Shown here one piece after another: positions 1-10,337 of a stretch of DNA of 64,000 bases. The DNA is taken from positions 96,001 to 160,000 of the IMG/VR virus record IMGVR_UViG_3300017991_000003; one strand, given 5' to 3'. Within the stretch, counting starts at the first letter, position 1, and every line of letters starts with the position of its first letter. A program made the position numbers and the translations under genes. The stretch is from a virus. The notes below the pieces were generated by a model. It saw only the letters and a program-made list of their open reading frames with translations. It was not told the DNA's origin and made no database searches.

Positions 1-549
1 GACCAGGAGGCTCCGGGGGCGGAGGTTGATGTTCAGATTGGAGGCTATGCCCCGTAGCACCGGTGGACGGGACCGGGCCGCGTGGACGGCGAAGGCGATT
101 GAGGCTAGCCGGTGGTTGTTGTCGGCCGCAGACGGTGTGGTGGTGGCGGGGTTGTGCTTGCGGAGCGGGTCCGTGTCGGGGACCGGGTCGGGCAGCACCA
201 GGGGACCTACGCCGTTTTTGGCCAATCGGTGGTAAAGGCTTAGAGCTGCCAAAGCCCCGAGTCCCATAGCCGGCAGCAATGCGCGGTTGGAGACTCGAGC
301 GGGGCGTGGTGCGTCGACTGAGTCGGTCGACCACCAGGCGGACAGCCCTTCACGAACGGGCCCTTCATAGAGGGGCCACGTCTTCGTCAAGGCATCAATG
401 ACGGGGACGTACATTCAGATCCGGATAGGGAGGTGGAGATGTGTTCGTGTCGGCAAACAGTGGCTCACAGGACTCATGCCATGTCTGTTAGGTCTTTTCA
501 TGCGGGCCCCCAGGCGCTATCCTGAGCCTGTCAACAACTGGAGACGACC

Positions 550-1218
550 ATGTCGCAACGACCCACAGGTTCTCGCCCCGCCCCGCGCGGCTCGATGATG
601 TCCGCTGACGCCGCTGCCGCCGACGTGCGGGCTCGGCAAGAAGCCGCAGCCCAGGAGCAGCTACAGCAGCAGGCCCAGGCGGCCAATGAGGCTCCCTCTG
701 AGGAGCAGACCGAGCTCGACGAGGCCATCAGCTCCCAGATCCCCAAGGAGGTTCAAACCTCCCGCGGGATGCGCCCCTACGCCCAGTTCAAGAAGGAGTT
801 CGACGAGGTCTATGAGCAGGTCCGTGACAAGGACCACCTGCTCTCTGGTCGAGTGACATACTCGACCGAGCTGGCTGGTCTTCCTATCACCATCCAGAGC
901 CTGCGCCAACGGGACCGGCGGCTGCTGGCGGCCTGGGCCCCTGACGCCCGGGATGAGCATCGGGCATTCATGGATGGGGAGTTCCAGTACCGCTCCCGCC
1001 TGATGGTCCTGTCCCTGGTCCGGGTTGGGGATGTGGAGTTCCCGAGCCTGCCGATCAAGACGGATCCGGAATCTTGGGAGAAGCAGGACCCGATCCAGCA
1101 GGCCCTGTCCTACGTTGAAGACTGGGACGAGACCCTGTTCAACGTGATCTTCGGGCTCCTATCTGACCTCGAGACCGCCAAGCACTTCGCGCTGCTGGAG
1201 AACCTGGGAAACCCCTAG
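550..1218 (+). CDS. hypothetical protein (222 aa)
   Basis: ORF track; ATG at 550; Q/E/A-rich N-terminal region; no recognisable motif. Confidence 0.5.
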   Translation: MSQRPTGSRPAPRGSMMSADAAAADVRARQEAAAQEQLQQQAQAANEAPSEEQTELDEAISSQIPKEVQTSRGMRPYAQFKKEFDEVYEQVRDKDHLLSGRVTYSTELAGLPITIQSLRQRDRRLLAAWAPDARDEHRAFMDGEFQYRSRLMVLSLVRVGDVEFPSLPIKTDPESWEKQDPIQQALSYVEDWDETLFNVIFGLLSDLETAKHFALLENLGNP

Positions 1219-1265
1219 CCACCCCGCTCGCGTACTACCGAGTCCGCCTGCTGCTGCGGGGCGGG

Positions 1266-1559
1266 GTGGATCTAGCGGAGTTCTCCTTCCTCGAGCAGCA
1301 AGACTTCATCGAGTACGAGCGGAAGGAGCAGGCGATGCGGTTCGTCGAGCAGGCGACCCAGATCTACGCCACCGCCAAGGATACGGAAAGTGCTAAGGCC
1401 CTCGTTGAGCGGCTCCGGGAGGAGCTCTTCATCGGCCAGGCCCAGGCCAAAGCTGAGCGCACCAAGCGTCTGAGTGACGAGCTGGTCGAGGCGATCCACA
1501 AGACCTATTCGATCACTACGGCCGGCGGAGCCGCTATCCTTGAGGTGAGCAATGACTGA
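1266..1559 (+). CDS. hypothetical protein (97 aa)
   Basis: ORF track; apparent GTG start; 3' end overlaps next start (ATGA). Confidence 0.35.
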   Translation: MDLAEFSFLEQQDFIEYERKEQAMRFVEQATQIYATAKDTESAKALVERLREELFIGQAQAKAERTKRLSDELVEAIHKTYSITTAGGAAILEVSND

Positions 1560-2112
1560 ATCTTTCACCTCCCAGGTCCTCCGGCAGACCATCAAGCAGG
1601 TGCGGGCCGGGTCTCGAGACCTGACCAGCACCCGGCTTGAGCCTTACTACCGAGGGACGCGGCGCCTCTCGGCGGAGGAGGTGGCCAGCCGAGCCGCGGC
1701 CTCGGCCGCTTTTCGGCAGGAGGCTGGATTCCGACCTCTCTCCACGGCTGAGGCGGCCCAGCAGATCGGGGACAGCGGGGGCCGGGCCCTGTTCCTGACC
1801 CTCATGAGCGGGCTGGGACTGGAGCGTGAGTACGACGAGGACGTCGTCTCTCAGGATGCTGTGGAGGGGGTCCCGGATCTCGGGGACCGGACGACCTTTG
1901 CGGACACCAAAGCCGCCTCAGGCGCCTCGCTGACGGTCCAGGAGGCCCGTGCCGGCCTGCGGGCGGTCGAGGGCCTAGCCAGCCGCCTCCCCACGGGCGG
2001 GCAGGTCAAGCACATCCTTGAGCCCGCGCAGCCGGCCCTGGCGGATGATGATTCCGTGGTCCAGGAGCGGCTCGAGAAGATGTGGGACTACGTCCGCGAC
2101 CTGTTGCCGTAG
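1552..2112 (+). CDS. hypothetical protein (186 aa)
   Basis: ORF track; ATG start overlapping upstream stop. Confidence 0.5.
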   Translation: MTESFTSQVLRQTIKQVRAGSRDLTSTRLEPYYRGTRRLSAEEVASRAAASAAFRQEAGFRPLSTAEAAQQIGDSGGRALFLTLMSGLGLEREYDEDVVSQDAVEGVPDLGDRTTFADTKAASGASLTVQEARAGLRAVEGLASRLPTGGQVKHILEPAQPALADDDSVVQERLEKMWDYVRDLLP

Positions 2113-2163
2113 GTCCGGTCGGAGCGGGGGTTTATACTCCTAGCAGGCGTAGGAGCCGCTTCT

Positions 2164-2186
2164 CTGGCACTGGGTGCCAGTGCCAG
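2164..2186. repeat. palindromic element copy 1 (CTGGCACTGG-GTG-CCAGTGCCAG), perfect 10-bp arms
   Basis: read directly; lies 7 bp upstream of ATG 2193. Confidence 0.8.
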
Positions 2187-2192
2187 TAAACC

Positions 2193-4247
2193 ATGCCCGA
2201 CCCCTATCCGAACCAGAACCAGGCGCTGTACGCCCTCCAGCAGCGGATCCAGGCCCAGCAGCAGCAGCAAATGCGGGCTGAGTCCATGGCCGTGGGGGGC
2301 ACGAACTCCATGGCCACTGAGTCCATGCGGGTCTCGATGATGCTGCAACAGCAGCAGCTTCAGCTCCAGATGCAGCAGCAGATGCAGCAGCTGCGCTCGT
2401 CCATGTACGGGACGTTCACGGCTGGGGCGGGCGCCGCATCCCCGGTCATGCGCCAGAACTTCGGCTCTCTGGTGATGGGGGCTGGGGTGGCTCGGGGCGT
2501 CAACACGATGACCGGCGGGCTCCTATACCCGGACTACAACTACCATTGGGGCCTCACCCGGGCTCGGATGGAGCAGGACGCGTCGGACGAGCTCCGTCAG
2601 CGGATGTTCAGCGATGTCGGGAACGAGTTGATCGCTGGCCTGGTCCCGGACGTGATCCGACGCCGGACCGGGGCGGCCTTCGCAGGCTCGAGGCCTGAGT
2701 TTGTGCGGGCAGCTTATGCTCGCTACTCCGGTTTGCGGGGCGGGGACGTGGCCGCGTTCGGCGGTGGAGGTAACGTTGACGGACCTGGTCTGCGATTGCG
2801 GGCTGACGCGACACAGAGCTCAGCGCGGGCGTTCGAGGCCGGGCTTTTGAACCTCAACCGCCGGCTTGGGTATGCCCTCGGTAGCGATGAGGTGAGCATG
2901 CTCCAGGACGTCACGGCAGGCCTCTCGGTCCACCAGGCCTTCCGAGGTCAGCGCGCTGGGGAGTCGGTCCTTGCCTCGGATAACCGCCAGGTTCAGAGCC
3001 TGATTAGCAGCATTCATGACCTGAGTCGTGCTCTCCAGCTGAACGTTGATCAAACGCGCGAGATGGTGAACATGGGCCGGCAGCACGGCTTGATGCCTAA
3101 CAGCTCGGCGTTCCAGGCTCTGGGAGCCATCGGCCAGGGCGGAAACCTGATCCAGATGAGCAACGCGGATCGGGCCCGGTACGCTATGCCGATCATGGCT
3201 CAGGCCCGCGGGATGGGCATGGACGCGGTCACCGCAGTCAACCGGCGGTTCGGTAGTGCGGAGGGCGTCCTAGGCCGCTACCGGGCTGGCCTCATGTCTG
3301 ATGCGCAGCTGTTCCGATTCGGCGGGACCAGTGAGGACGACGCCGCGATGCGCGTCGCGGAGTATCAAGAGCGGCTCGGTCTGGGATACGCCTCGCGGTT
3401 CGGAGGCAGTCTTGGGGCACTCTCCTATGCGGGGCAGTCTGTCGGAGGTGCTATCAGCACCGGGGCCCGGTTGGGTGCGGTTCTTGGATCCAACCCTCTG
3501 GCAGGTTTGCGTGCTTCTATGAGTGGGGCGGTGCGCTCGAACATGGCAGGCTCGATGCAGATGGATGCTTACGCCTATGCGCAGGATGCCTACCGCATCG
3601 GCGAATCGATTCAACCGGGCGGCGGTGAGGTACTTGCCGCTCGAGTATTCGGCCAGATGATCGGTGAGTCTGACCCGGTTCAGGCTATGAACATGTATCG
3701 GCAAATTGCCGGTGAGGTCGGCGCTGTCCAGCGTGGTACGTCGCTCAGTGGGGCAGAGTCTCTGCGGTTTGTCCGTACCCGTCGAATGATGCAGCAGGTG
3801 ACCGGCGAAGCCCCGGATATGTTGGATACAGCTAGGCTGTATCAATCTTTGGCGGGACGGGATGTGACCGCGGTGAGTGTTGCCCGGGCGCTAGCCCTCT
3901 CGGGAGCAGGCAGCAACACGCAGACGTCGCGCGAGTCTATCAACAGTGGCTATCGACAGGCGTCCGTGGATAAGTTCCGAAAGCTGATTACGGGACAGAC
4001 GGATCCGTCGCTCCTAGCCGTGATTGCCGAGATCTCCAACCTAGATGGGACGGGACTATCGGTGGATGTTCTTCAGGACATGGCCATCAACAAGAACAGC
4101 TCTGGGTGGAACACCGACGCTGTCAGTGTTCGGGAGCTCCTGACGATGGATCAGTTCCTCGGTAACTTTGGGAAGATCAACAAGAACCCAGACAAGCCCC
4201 CGAGCGGGACTGAGAACAATCCGATCTACGTGAAGACGGTGAGCTGA
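2193..4247 (+). CDS. large hypothetical protein (684 aa), poly-Q/M-rich N-terminus, G/A/S-rich; possible virion or morphogenesis protein
   Basis: ORF track; ATG 2193; long uninterrupted frame; function is a guess from size and composition only. Confidence 0.6.
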   Translation: MPDPYPNQNQALYALQQRIQAQQQQQMRAESMAVGGTNSMATESMRVSMMLQQQQLQLQMQQQMQQLRSSMYGTFTAGAGAASPVMRQNFGSLVMGAGVARGVNTMTGGLLYPDYNYHWGLTRARMEQDASDELRQRMFSDVGNELIAGLVPDVIRRRTGAAFAGSRPEFVRAAYARYSGLRGGDVAAFGGGGNVDGPGLRLRADATQSSARAFEAGLLNLNRRLGYALGSDEVSMLQDVTAGLSVHQAFRGQRAGESVLASDNRQVQSLISSIHDLSRALQLNVDQTREMVNMGRQHGLMPNSSAFQALGAIGQGGNLIQMSNADRARYAMPIMAQARGMGMDAVTAVNRRFGSAEGVLGRYRAGLMSDAQLFRFGGTSEDDAAMRVAEYQERLGLGYASRFGGSLGALSYAGQSVGGAISTGARLGAVLGSNPLAGLRASMSGAVRSNMAGSMQMDAYAYAQDAYRIGESIQPGGGEVLAARVFGQMIGESDPVQAMNMYRQIAGEVGAVQRGTSLSGAESLRFVRTRRMMQQVTGEAPDMLDTARLYQSLAGRDVTAVSVARALALSGAGSNTQTSRESINSGYRQASVDKFRKLITGQTDPSLLAVIAEISNLDGTGLSVDVLQDMAINKNSSGWNTDAVSVRELLTMDQFLGNFGKINKNPDKPPSGTENNPIYVKTVS

Positions 4248-4948
4248 TGGGGAGCATCGACGACGTCCTGTCTGGCACCGGCCCCGACGATACGGATCTG
4301 ACCCAGGGTCCGCAGGTGTCGAGCTCGGATGATTACGAGATCGTGCTTGGGTACGATCCTGCGGATTATCGCCACCTGGGTGCGGCGATGGGGGCGGAGT
4401 ACGACAAGGTCCCTGCCACGCTGGTAGTTCGCGACATCGGAGACGCGGCCACGGCGCAGGAAGGGATCATCGATGCAGCCAGCACAGCGTTGGCTCAAGT
4501 ACTGCCCTTCCCGCTCGGTCTGGTAGCTAATGCTGGGCTCGAGATCGCGCTCTCGCCGATCGTATTCATCACAGACAAGCTGATCCTTACCAGCGCGGTC
4601 GAGCCTCGCAGCGCCCGATCGGCTATGGTGATGAGCTTCAATCAGCCGACGGTCTACACGTCGGGCATGCAGCCCTACATTTTCCGGTACGCGGGTCACG
4701 TGTTGATCAACGAGCTGGATGGGGACGGGCGCAACCAGTTCTACGCTGCCTACCGGGAGTACCTGCGCGCCTCAGCTAGCCTGGTCGGGGCGGAGCGGCA
4801 GACCATGCCGTGGGTCGTAGAGCTCACCTTCCGAGATATGTTCCGCGCCGGGTATGTGGTCGACCTGTCGATGTCGATCAACGCAGCAGAGCCTAGCAAG
4901 GCTGACATCTCGTTCACCCTCTTCGTGATCGATGACCGGTTCTCCTGA
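4247..4948 (+). CDS. hypothetical protein (233 aa)
   Basis: ORF track; start overlaps upstream stop. Confidence 0.55.
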   Translation: MGSIDDVLSGTGPDDTDLTQGPQVSSSDDYEIVLGYDPADYRHLGAAMGAEYDKVPATLVVRDIGDAATAQEGIIDAASTALAQVLPFPLGLVANAGLEIALSPIVFITDKLILTSAVEPRSARSAMVMSFNQPTVYTSGMQPYIFRYAGHVLINELDGDGRNQFYAAYREYLRASASLVGAERQTMPWVVELTFRDMFRAGYVVDLSMSINAAEPSKADISFTLFVIDDRFS

Positions 4949-5502
4949 TGGCCTTTGAACCTCGAGACACCGAGCTGCGGGAGCGCTTCGGCGAACAGGC
5001 CCAGGAGCTCTACGAGGGCGACCGGGCGGCTGTCCGTGTCTTCCCCCTGGATGCGACAGGGGCTCTGGTTTTGACCAATCCGGTGGCCGAGTTCGATCAG
5101 CTCTTGATCGGACGAGTCGAGGAGCCGGATCGGGAGCGGGTGCAGTACAGCCAGTCGTTTGACGGCAACAAGCTCTACGCCTACGGCAACGATCACCGGG
5201 TCTATGCGATCTCCGCGGCCTTGCTCGATACGGACCTGGGGACGACGATTCAACCCCCATCAGGCAGCGAGGCGAGCGCGTGGGAAGGGCGCGGGCATCG
5301 TGACTGGGTGCAGTTCTTCGAGCAGTACGCTAGTCTGTGGGCATGCGCTCGGGATCGTCTGCTGGTCCAGCTGACCTACGGTCGGCGCCAAGTCTACGGG
5401 GCCTTCCTTGAGTCGACGCCCAACCTCGTGGCCTCAGCGCCGCACCGGCTGGATCTCCTGCTCTCCTTTTACGTGACCCACAGTCAGCCCATCGAGTTCT
5501 GA
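4948..5502 (+). CDS. hypothetical protein (184 aa)
   Basis: ORF track; start overlaps upstream stop. Confidence 0.55.
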   Translation: MAFEPRDTELRERFGEQAQELYEGDRAAVRVFPLDATGALVLTNPVAEFDQLLIGRVEEPDRERVQYSQSFDGNKLYAYGNDHRVYAISAALLDTDLGTTIQPPSGSEASAWEGRGHRDWVQFFEQYASLWACARDRLLVQLTYGRRQVYGAFLESTPNLVASAPHRLDLLLSFYVTHSQPIEF

Positions 5503-8500
5503 TGACTGCCGAGACCCGAGCCGGCCTCCTAGCATCCCAGTGGAAGATCTTTCTGGATGGCGTGGAGGTTCCGCACCATGGGTTCAGCATGGTCATGTCT
5601 CAGGATCAGGTCAGCGAGGTGATGCTGAGCCTGGAGCCGGACAAGATCCTGCTCGAGCTTCGGCCGCAGACGATGGTGCACATCTTCGCCAAAGATCGAT
5701 TCCCTGACCCGGCTCCTGGGCAGGAGGATGAGGAAGGTGGTGTGCAGTTTGCCAAGACCTATACCTCGGACGAGGACGAGCTCAAGGACACGTGGCACCT
5801 GTTCTGGGAGGGCGTGGCCGCTGGGCGCACCCACCAGAAATCCAAGGGCAATAGGTCCATCCAGGTTCGAGCACGAGCCTTGGTAGAGAGCCTAGAGCGC
5901 ACCCCGGCCTTCATGATGGGTATGGGAGGGATCGAGTACAGCTCTATTGCTTCCGGCAGCCGACTGCCTGCGACTGTGGCGGGTGTGATCGAGGGCGGCG
6001 GGCCTTCGTCGGTAGACACGCTCAGCCTGTTCACGCTGGCGGATCTCTTCACTAACGACGGGGAGACCGGTTCCGATGTTCCTGGCCGTGATAGCGCTAC
6101 TCCGCGGTTCGCTGAGCGCTTGATCCGCTTGATCACCTACCTCAGTAGTTACAACGGGGTGCTACGTCAGCACGTGGTCCGTGGCCGGCTCCTGAACAAG
6201 ATCGCGTCTATCCCGGATAGCATCCTCGAAGGGATCCTCGAACGATCTGTGGGCCTGAGCCTGCTGGGCGACATGCAGAACCGAATCACGTCGCGCAGCT
6301 CGGTGCTCGACATCATTCGGCAGGTGATGTCCTATGGGTTCTATCACCTGGTCCAGGTCCCTATGCCTTACCGGCCGAGTAAGCAGCCGGAGATGGGATC
6401 GATGATCCCTACTCTGACCGGGAAGCAGGATGAGGAGCAGGCTACCGCCCACCAGATTCCCTACGAGTACTACCGGAACGACTACGTGTTCGTGCCGGAG
6501 ACGTACTACGCGCTGCCGCCTCCGTGCAACTTCGTGTTCCCGGATGAGATGGCAGACCTGTCCATCGGGCGGGAGTTCCAGTCGGAGCCGACGCGGCACC
6601 TGGTACAGGACCCGCACCTAGCCTCCTTCGTTGGTAACTTCTTCTACTGGCTGGCTCCTGAGGACATCATCCGCAAGGCGCGGGAGGGTGCTGGTGATGA
6701 CGTGACCTCGGCGAACCTCTTCGCCATGGCGTCCACGTTTGGCCGCTCGATCAACGTGAGCGGGGCCACGTCACCGTACGCATACCCGGACTCCGCCGAC
6801 TTGGAGAGCGGGTCGGTGCGTAGCCTCCTTGGCGCTGTATCGGACCTAGAGCTGGAGAAGGGTATTGTCCCGAGCTTCGGGCAGAACCGGTTCGAAGCCT
6901 TGGCAGCCGCGGCGTACCTGAGCCGCACAATCCCACGCACGGAGGACCAGGCCACGGCCCAGTCGATCGAAGACTTTGCTAACCCGGAAAATGCTGCGTA
7001 CGCCGACCTGATGGCGGCGGTGGCTAACTACCAGCTTCAGCTGATGCGCTACCGGCGCCAGGGCCAGGTCTCGATGCTTGGGCACCGGTGGATCATCCCC
7101 GGGCTTCCAACCATCATCTTCGACTCGGACATCTCGTACTTTGGTCAGGTCGTGTCGACCACCTTCGTGGTCAACTCTGATGGCCAGGAGTCGACGACTC
7201 TTCAGCTGGATCGTACTCGGCCTGTTCCGAAGATGGAGATCGAGGAGATCCGAGCCGCGCTCGAGGGCCTCTCCACGAAGCTCCAAGAGCTGCAAACCCA
7301 GAAGAGCAAGGTTGCGGACCAGGCGCTGGGGCAGACGATCTCCTCGGCGCTCTCAGGCCCCCTCGCGTCTCAGACTACGCAGTACGGCGGGCTGGGCGCC
7401 AAGATCGAGCAGACTCAGTCCGCGCTCCAGAACTGGAACACGTACATCGGTGGAGATACCGTCGACCTGGTTACGACGACGGGCGCTCCGATCCAGGAGA
7501 CTCTGACGATTGAGGGCACGCAGTTCGATGGGACCGGCTTGACGACCTACTTCCAGGACCTATCGACGGAGGCTGCGGAGATTCAAGCAGGCCTGGATGA
7601 GCTTCTGGTCGATGGGGCGGCTGTCGCAAAGGCTCTCAATACTGGGGAGATCGCTGTTGGCGGATCTGCTTTCTCCACGACCCTGACCAAAGGTGACCAG
7701 ACCATCTACGCGGCGGGCAATGTCAGTCCAGCGTACTTGGCATACCTGTTCCTCGACGTCCCGGTCCTGGTTGATACGACTGGGCAGATCACAGCAGCCA
7801 AGGCGGCGTTGGGTGACGGCTTCTCGGTGTCGGGACTCAAGAGCGCGCTAGGCTCCATTGTCAACGGCGGCGCCTCCAGCGACGTGTTTACAGGTGGCGA
7901 GGCCCCGAACACCGTGGCCGGTGCCCTCGCGGTCCTGACCGTGGCGGCGACGTACTACGAGCTGGCCACGGCGGCGATTGTCGAGTGGCTTACGATTCAG
8001 AAGGACATCGCAGATTCTGGCGAGAACTTGGACTTCCTCGATCTCCCGCCCTCGACCCAGGCTGCGGCTGATCAATCCTACAAAGACCAGTACCAGACGA
8101 TCGTCGACACACTGACGAATGAGATCATCGAGGACGGCCAGAAGGTCCTTGAGGACTTCGATACCCGCTTGGACTGGCCGGCGCCCCCGGCCTTCTTCTC
8201 TGAGGACTTGATTGCCACGGAGAAGTTGGATGACCTGTACCAGACCTCTTTCGGATGTAAGCCGTTCTACACCGGCCCGTACACGGCGACAGCAACGAAC
8301 GAGACTGTAGCGGCCATCCGAGCATCCTTGACTGAGTTGGATCTTGGGGAGCTTGAGACTGAGTCGGGCCTGAGTATGCAGGATCGACTGGAGTACTACC
8401 TCGAGTATCTGTCCGGGGTCTCGGCGTTGAACAACGTCTACCCCATCCTGGAAGGGCAGGAGGAGCTGACGGACGACGTGGCCCCGCCGCCTAGCTGGCA

Positions 8501-8981
8501 TGACGTGGCGGCAGCTGGTGGTGGGCAGGCCACGCCTTTCGAGTGGGCGCATCGGACGTTCCTCAAACGAGAGGCCACGAGCTTGGGGCAGTTCCTCGAG
8601 GATCACAAGCTCGAGCTCGTGACGCAGTTTGCCGACCGACCCACCACCAAGGAGTTCTATCAGATGCGTCCGGTCTCAGGATCGCAGACGACAACCGGAG
8701 CTGGGCTGGTATTCGACGATAGCCTCTTCAGTAAGCTGGTGGATGAGAAGAAGATGACCAACCCTGCATCCACTGTGGTTAGTGATGTTCTTGAGCAGGT
8801 TCTTCCTGGACCCTTCAACGCGGTGGCCGCCTCCGCGGTAGACGCGGCTTCAAGCGATCCATTGATCCAGGAGGCTCGAGAGCAGGCCACCAACAAGTAC
8901 CTGACCACTCAAGCACGGCAGGAGTTGATCCTGTCCTATGCCCGCAAGCACTTCGGCGACCGAGGTTTCGATGGCACGTGA
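5502..8981 (+). CDS. very large hypothetical protein (1159 aa); possible structural protein
   Basis: ORF track; 3.5-kb uninterrupted frame; no catalytic motif recognised. Confidence 0.65.
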   Translation: MTAETRAGLLASQWKIFLDGVEVPHHGFSMVMSQDQVSEVMLSLEPDKILLELRPQTMVHIFAKDRFPDPAPGQEDEEGGVQFAKTYTSDEDELKDTWHLFWEGVAAGRTHQKSKGNRSIQVRARALVESLERTPAFMMGMGGIEYSSIASGSRLPATVAGVIEGGGPSSVDTLSLFTLADLFTNDGETGSDVPGRDSATPRFAERLIRLITYLSSYNGVLRQHVVRGRLLNKIASIPDSILEGILERSVGLSLLGDMQNRITSRSSVLDIIRQVMSYGFYHLVQVPMPYRPSKQPEMGSMIPTLTGKQDEEQATAHQIPYEYYRNDYVFVPETYYALPPPCNFVFPDEMADLSIGREFQSEPTRHLVQDPHLASFVGNFFYWLAPEDIIRKAREGAGDDVTSANLFAMASTFGRSINVSGATSPYAYPDSADLESGSVRSLLGAVSDLELEKGIVPSFGQNRFEALAAAAYLSRTIPRTEDQATAQSIEDFANPENAAYADLMAAVANYQLQLMRYRRQGQVSMLGHRWIIPGLPTIIFDSDISYFGQVVSTTFVVNSDGQESTTLQLDRTRPVPKMEIEEIRAALEGLSTKLQELQTQKSKVADQALGQTISSALSGPLASQTTQYGGLGAKIEQTQSALQNWNTYIGGDTVDLVTTTGAPIQETLTIEGTQFDGTGLTTYFQDLSTEAAEIQAGLDELLVDGAAVAKALNTGEIAVGGSAFSTTLTKGDQTIYAAGNVSPAYLAYLFLDVPVLVDTTGQITAAKAALGDGFSVSGLKSALGSIVNGGASSDVFTGGEAPNTVAGALAVLTVAATYYELATAAIVEWLTIQKDIADSGENLDFLDLPPSTQAAADQSYKDQYQTIVDTLTNEIIEDGQKVLEDFDTRLDWPAPPAFFSEDLIATEKLDDLYQTSFGCKPFYTGPYTATATNETVAAIRASLTELDLGELETESGLSMQDRLEYYLEYLSGVSALNNVYPILEGQEELTDDVAPPPSWHDVAAAGGGQATPFEWAHRTFLKREATSLGQFLEDHKLELVTQFADRPTTKEFYQMRPVSGSQTTTGAGLVFDDSLFSKLVDEKKMTNPASTVVSDVLEQVLPGPFNAVAASAVDAASSDPLIQEAREQATNKYLTTQARQELILSYARKHFGDRGFDGT

Positions 8982-9711
8982 TACGACTGATCGGCCGAGT
9001 AAGGCCATCCGAGACGCCCGGAAGGATACCGATCTAGGTCTGGTAGAGCGGGCGCAGAAGGGCGACAAGGAGGCGCTGAACCGGCTGATCCGTAGCCACA
9101 TGGATCTGATCCAGATGAAGGCCCGCGGGTTCCGTAACGCCCCCATCCCAATCGCGGCGATCGAGGGTGAGGGTATGCGGCTTCTGGCTTTGGCGGTTAC
9201 CAAGTTCGACCCGTCCCAGGGTGTGGCCTTCCGCACGTTCCTCGACAACTACCTGCGCGGGCTCTACCGCTACGTCAACAGCAACAAGCGCGTGGACCGG
9301 GCGCCGGAGCACAGGCACCTGCGCTTCCACCGGTACGAGGCGGTCAAGGGCCTCCTGCGGGTGGAGCATAGTCGAGAGCCCACGGTGGCCGAGCTCTCCG
9401 ATGCGTTGGGCTGGAGCCCTACGGATGTGAAGCAGATGGACCGGATGATGTCCCAGCGTAGCCTGGCGGGCAGCGGCCTCGAGAACGTCAAGGCACTGGA
9501 CCAAGCGCACAGCCGGTACCAGGAGTCGGTTGAGCTGGCGTACGCGGGGTGGACCAAGCAGCAGCAGGCTGTCTACGATCTCAGCATGGGCGCGCACGGT
9601 AAGCAGCGCCTATCATCTGTGCCGGCCATCGCCCGCACCCTTGGGATCACGGCCGACAAGGTCTACAAGATCAAGCGGGAGCTGGCCCAGGAGCTTGGTA
9701 GTTCCCTATGA
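8971..9711 (+). CDS. sigma-70 family RNA polymerase sigma factor (phage-encoded)
   Basis: internal ATG at 8971 (GAGG 8 nt upstream) preferred over ORF-track start 8938; region-2-like LVERAQKGDKEALNRLIRSHMDLI...GMRLLALAVTKFDPSQGVAFRTFLDNYLRG and region-4-like HTH VPAIARTLGITADKVYKIKRELAQEL. Confidence 0.65.
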   Translation: MARDTTDRPSKAIRDARKDTDLGLVERAQKGDKEALNRLIRSHMDLIQMKARGFRNAPIPIAAIEGEGMRLLALAVTKFDPSQGVAFRTFLDNYLRGLYRYVNSNKRVDRAPEHRHLRFHRYEAVKGLLRVEHSREPTVAELSDALGWSPTDVKQMDRMMSQRSLAGSGLENVKALDQAHSRYQESVELAYAGWTKQQQAVYDLSMGAHGKQRLSSVPAIARTLGITADKVYKIKRELAQELGSSL

Positions 9712-10019
9712 GGATTCAGGACACACCAGAGAGTCTGCGCTTCAGTCACGTCCGCCGGCGGCCTCGATCCGAGTGGCCGAACAACTGGCTCAAGGGCGGG
9801 TCGGAGCCCGGCGACATCATGCTGCTCGAGGGAGACTGGGGGAAGATCGGCGGCATCCTCTGCTTGACCAAGACAGGGCGCTACATGGCGTTGACCGTGG
9901 CCCAGGTCTTCGAAGGCGCTGAGATCGAGTGGCCTGAGCCGGGGGCTGCCTTCTCGATTCACCTCATCGGCGACGCCGTCCAGCTAAAAGTAAAAGAAGA
10001 GCCCGAAGGCCCTTCCTGA
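9708..10019 (+). CDS. hypothetical protein (103 aa)
   Basis: ORF track; ATGA overlap with sigma gene. Confidence 0.4.
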   Translation: MRIQDTPESLRFSHVRRRPRSEWPNNWLKGGSEPGDIMLLEGDWGKIGGILCLTKTGRYMALTVAQVFEGAEIEWPEPGAAFSIHLIGDAVQLKVKEEPEGPS

Positions 10020-10033
10020 GCCCCGAGAGGCTC

Positions 10034-10252
10034 TCACAGGTCGCGGACGGTGAACCCGTACTGCTGGAACGTGGACCAAGTGTACGGGCTTGCCGTGCGT
10101 TCGGCCCAGTGCTTGGAGCAGTAGTAGGTCGTCTCGGTCCGGGTCAGTGCCTTAGTGGCCGGGGCATCGCACCGACCGCAGGGGATGCTGGCCCCGCCGC
10201 AGCTGGTGGCGACTAGCACGAGGAGCGCGAGCGTGGTGAGGAATCGTCGCAT
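10034..10252 (-). CDS. small secreted Cys-rich putative lipoprotein (72 aa)
   Basis: internal ATG at 10252 by codon counting; signal peptide MRRFLTTLALLVLVATSC with lipobox-like ATSC; 6 Cys; promoter-like motif upstream. Confidence 0.45.
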   Translation of the reverse strand: MRRFLTTLALLVLVATSCGGASIPCGRCDAPATKALTRTETTYYCSKHWAERTASPYTWSTFQQYGFTVRDL

Positions 10253-10302
10253 GACTATGTCGGGTGAGGGTGGTGGTTGGGGTATACACTCCCCAGTCAC
10301 CA

Positions 10303-10313
10303 TACTCATGCCC
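10303..10313 (-). promoter_or_regulatory. promoter-like motif copy (plus strand ATACTCATGCC)
   Basis: variant of the recurring GGACTYATGMC motif; 51 bp upstream of ATG 10252. Confidence 0.4.
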
Positions 10314-10337
10314 GACAGGCTCGCCGCTCTTGCTGGT

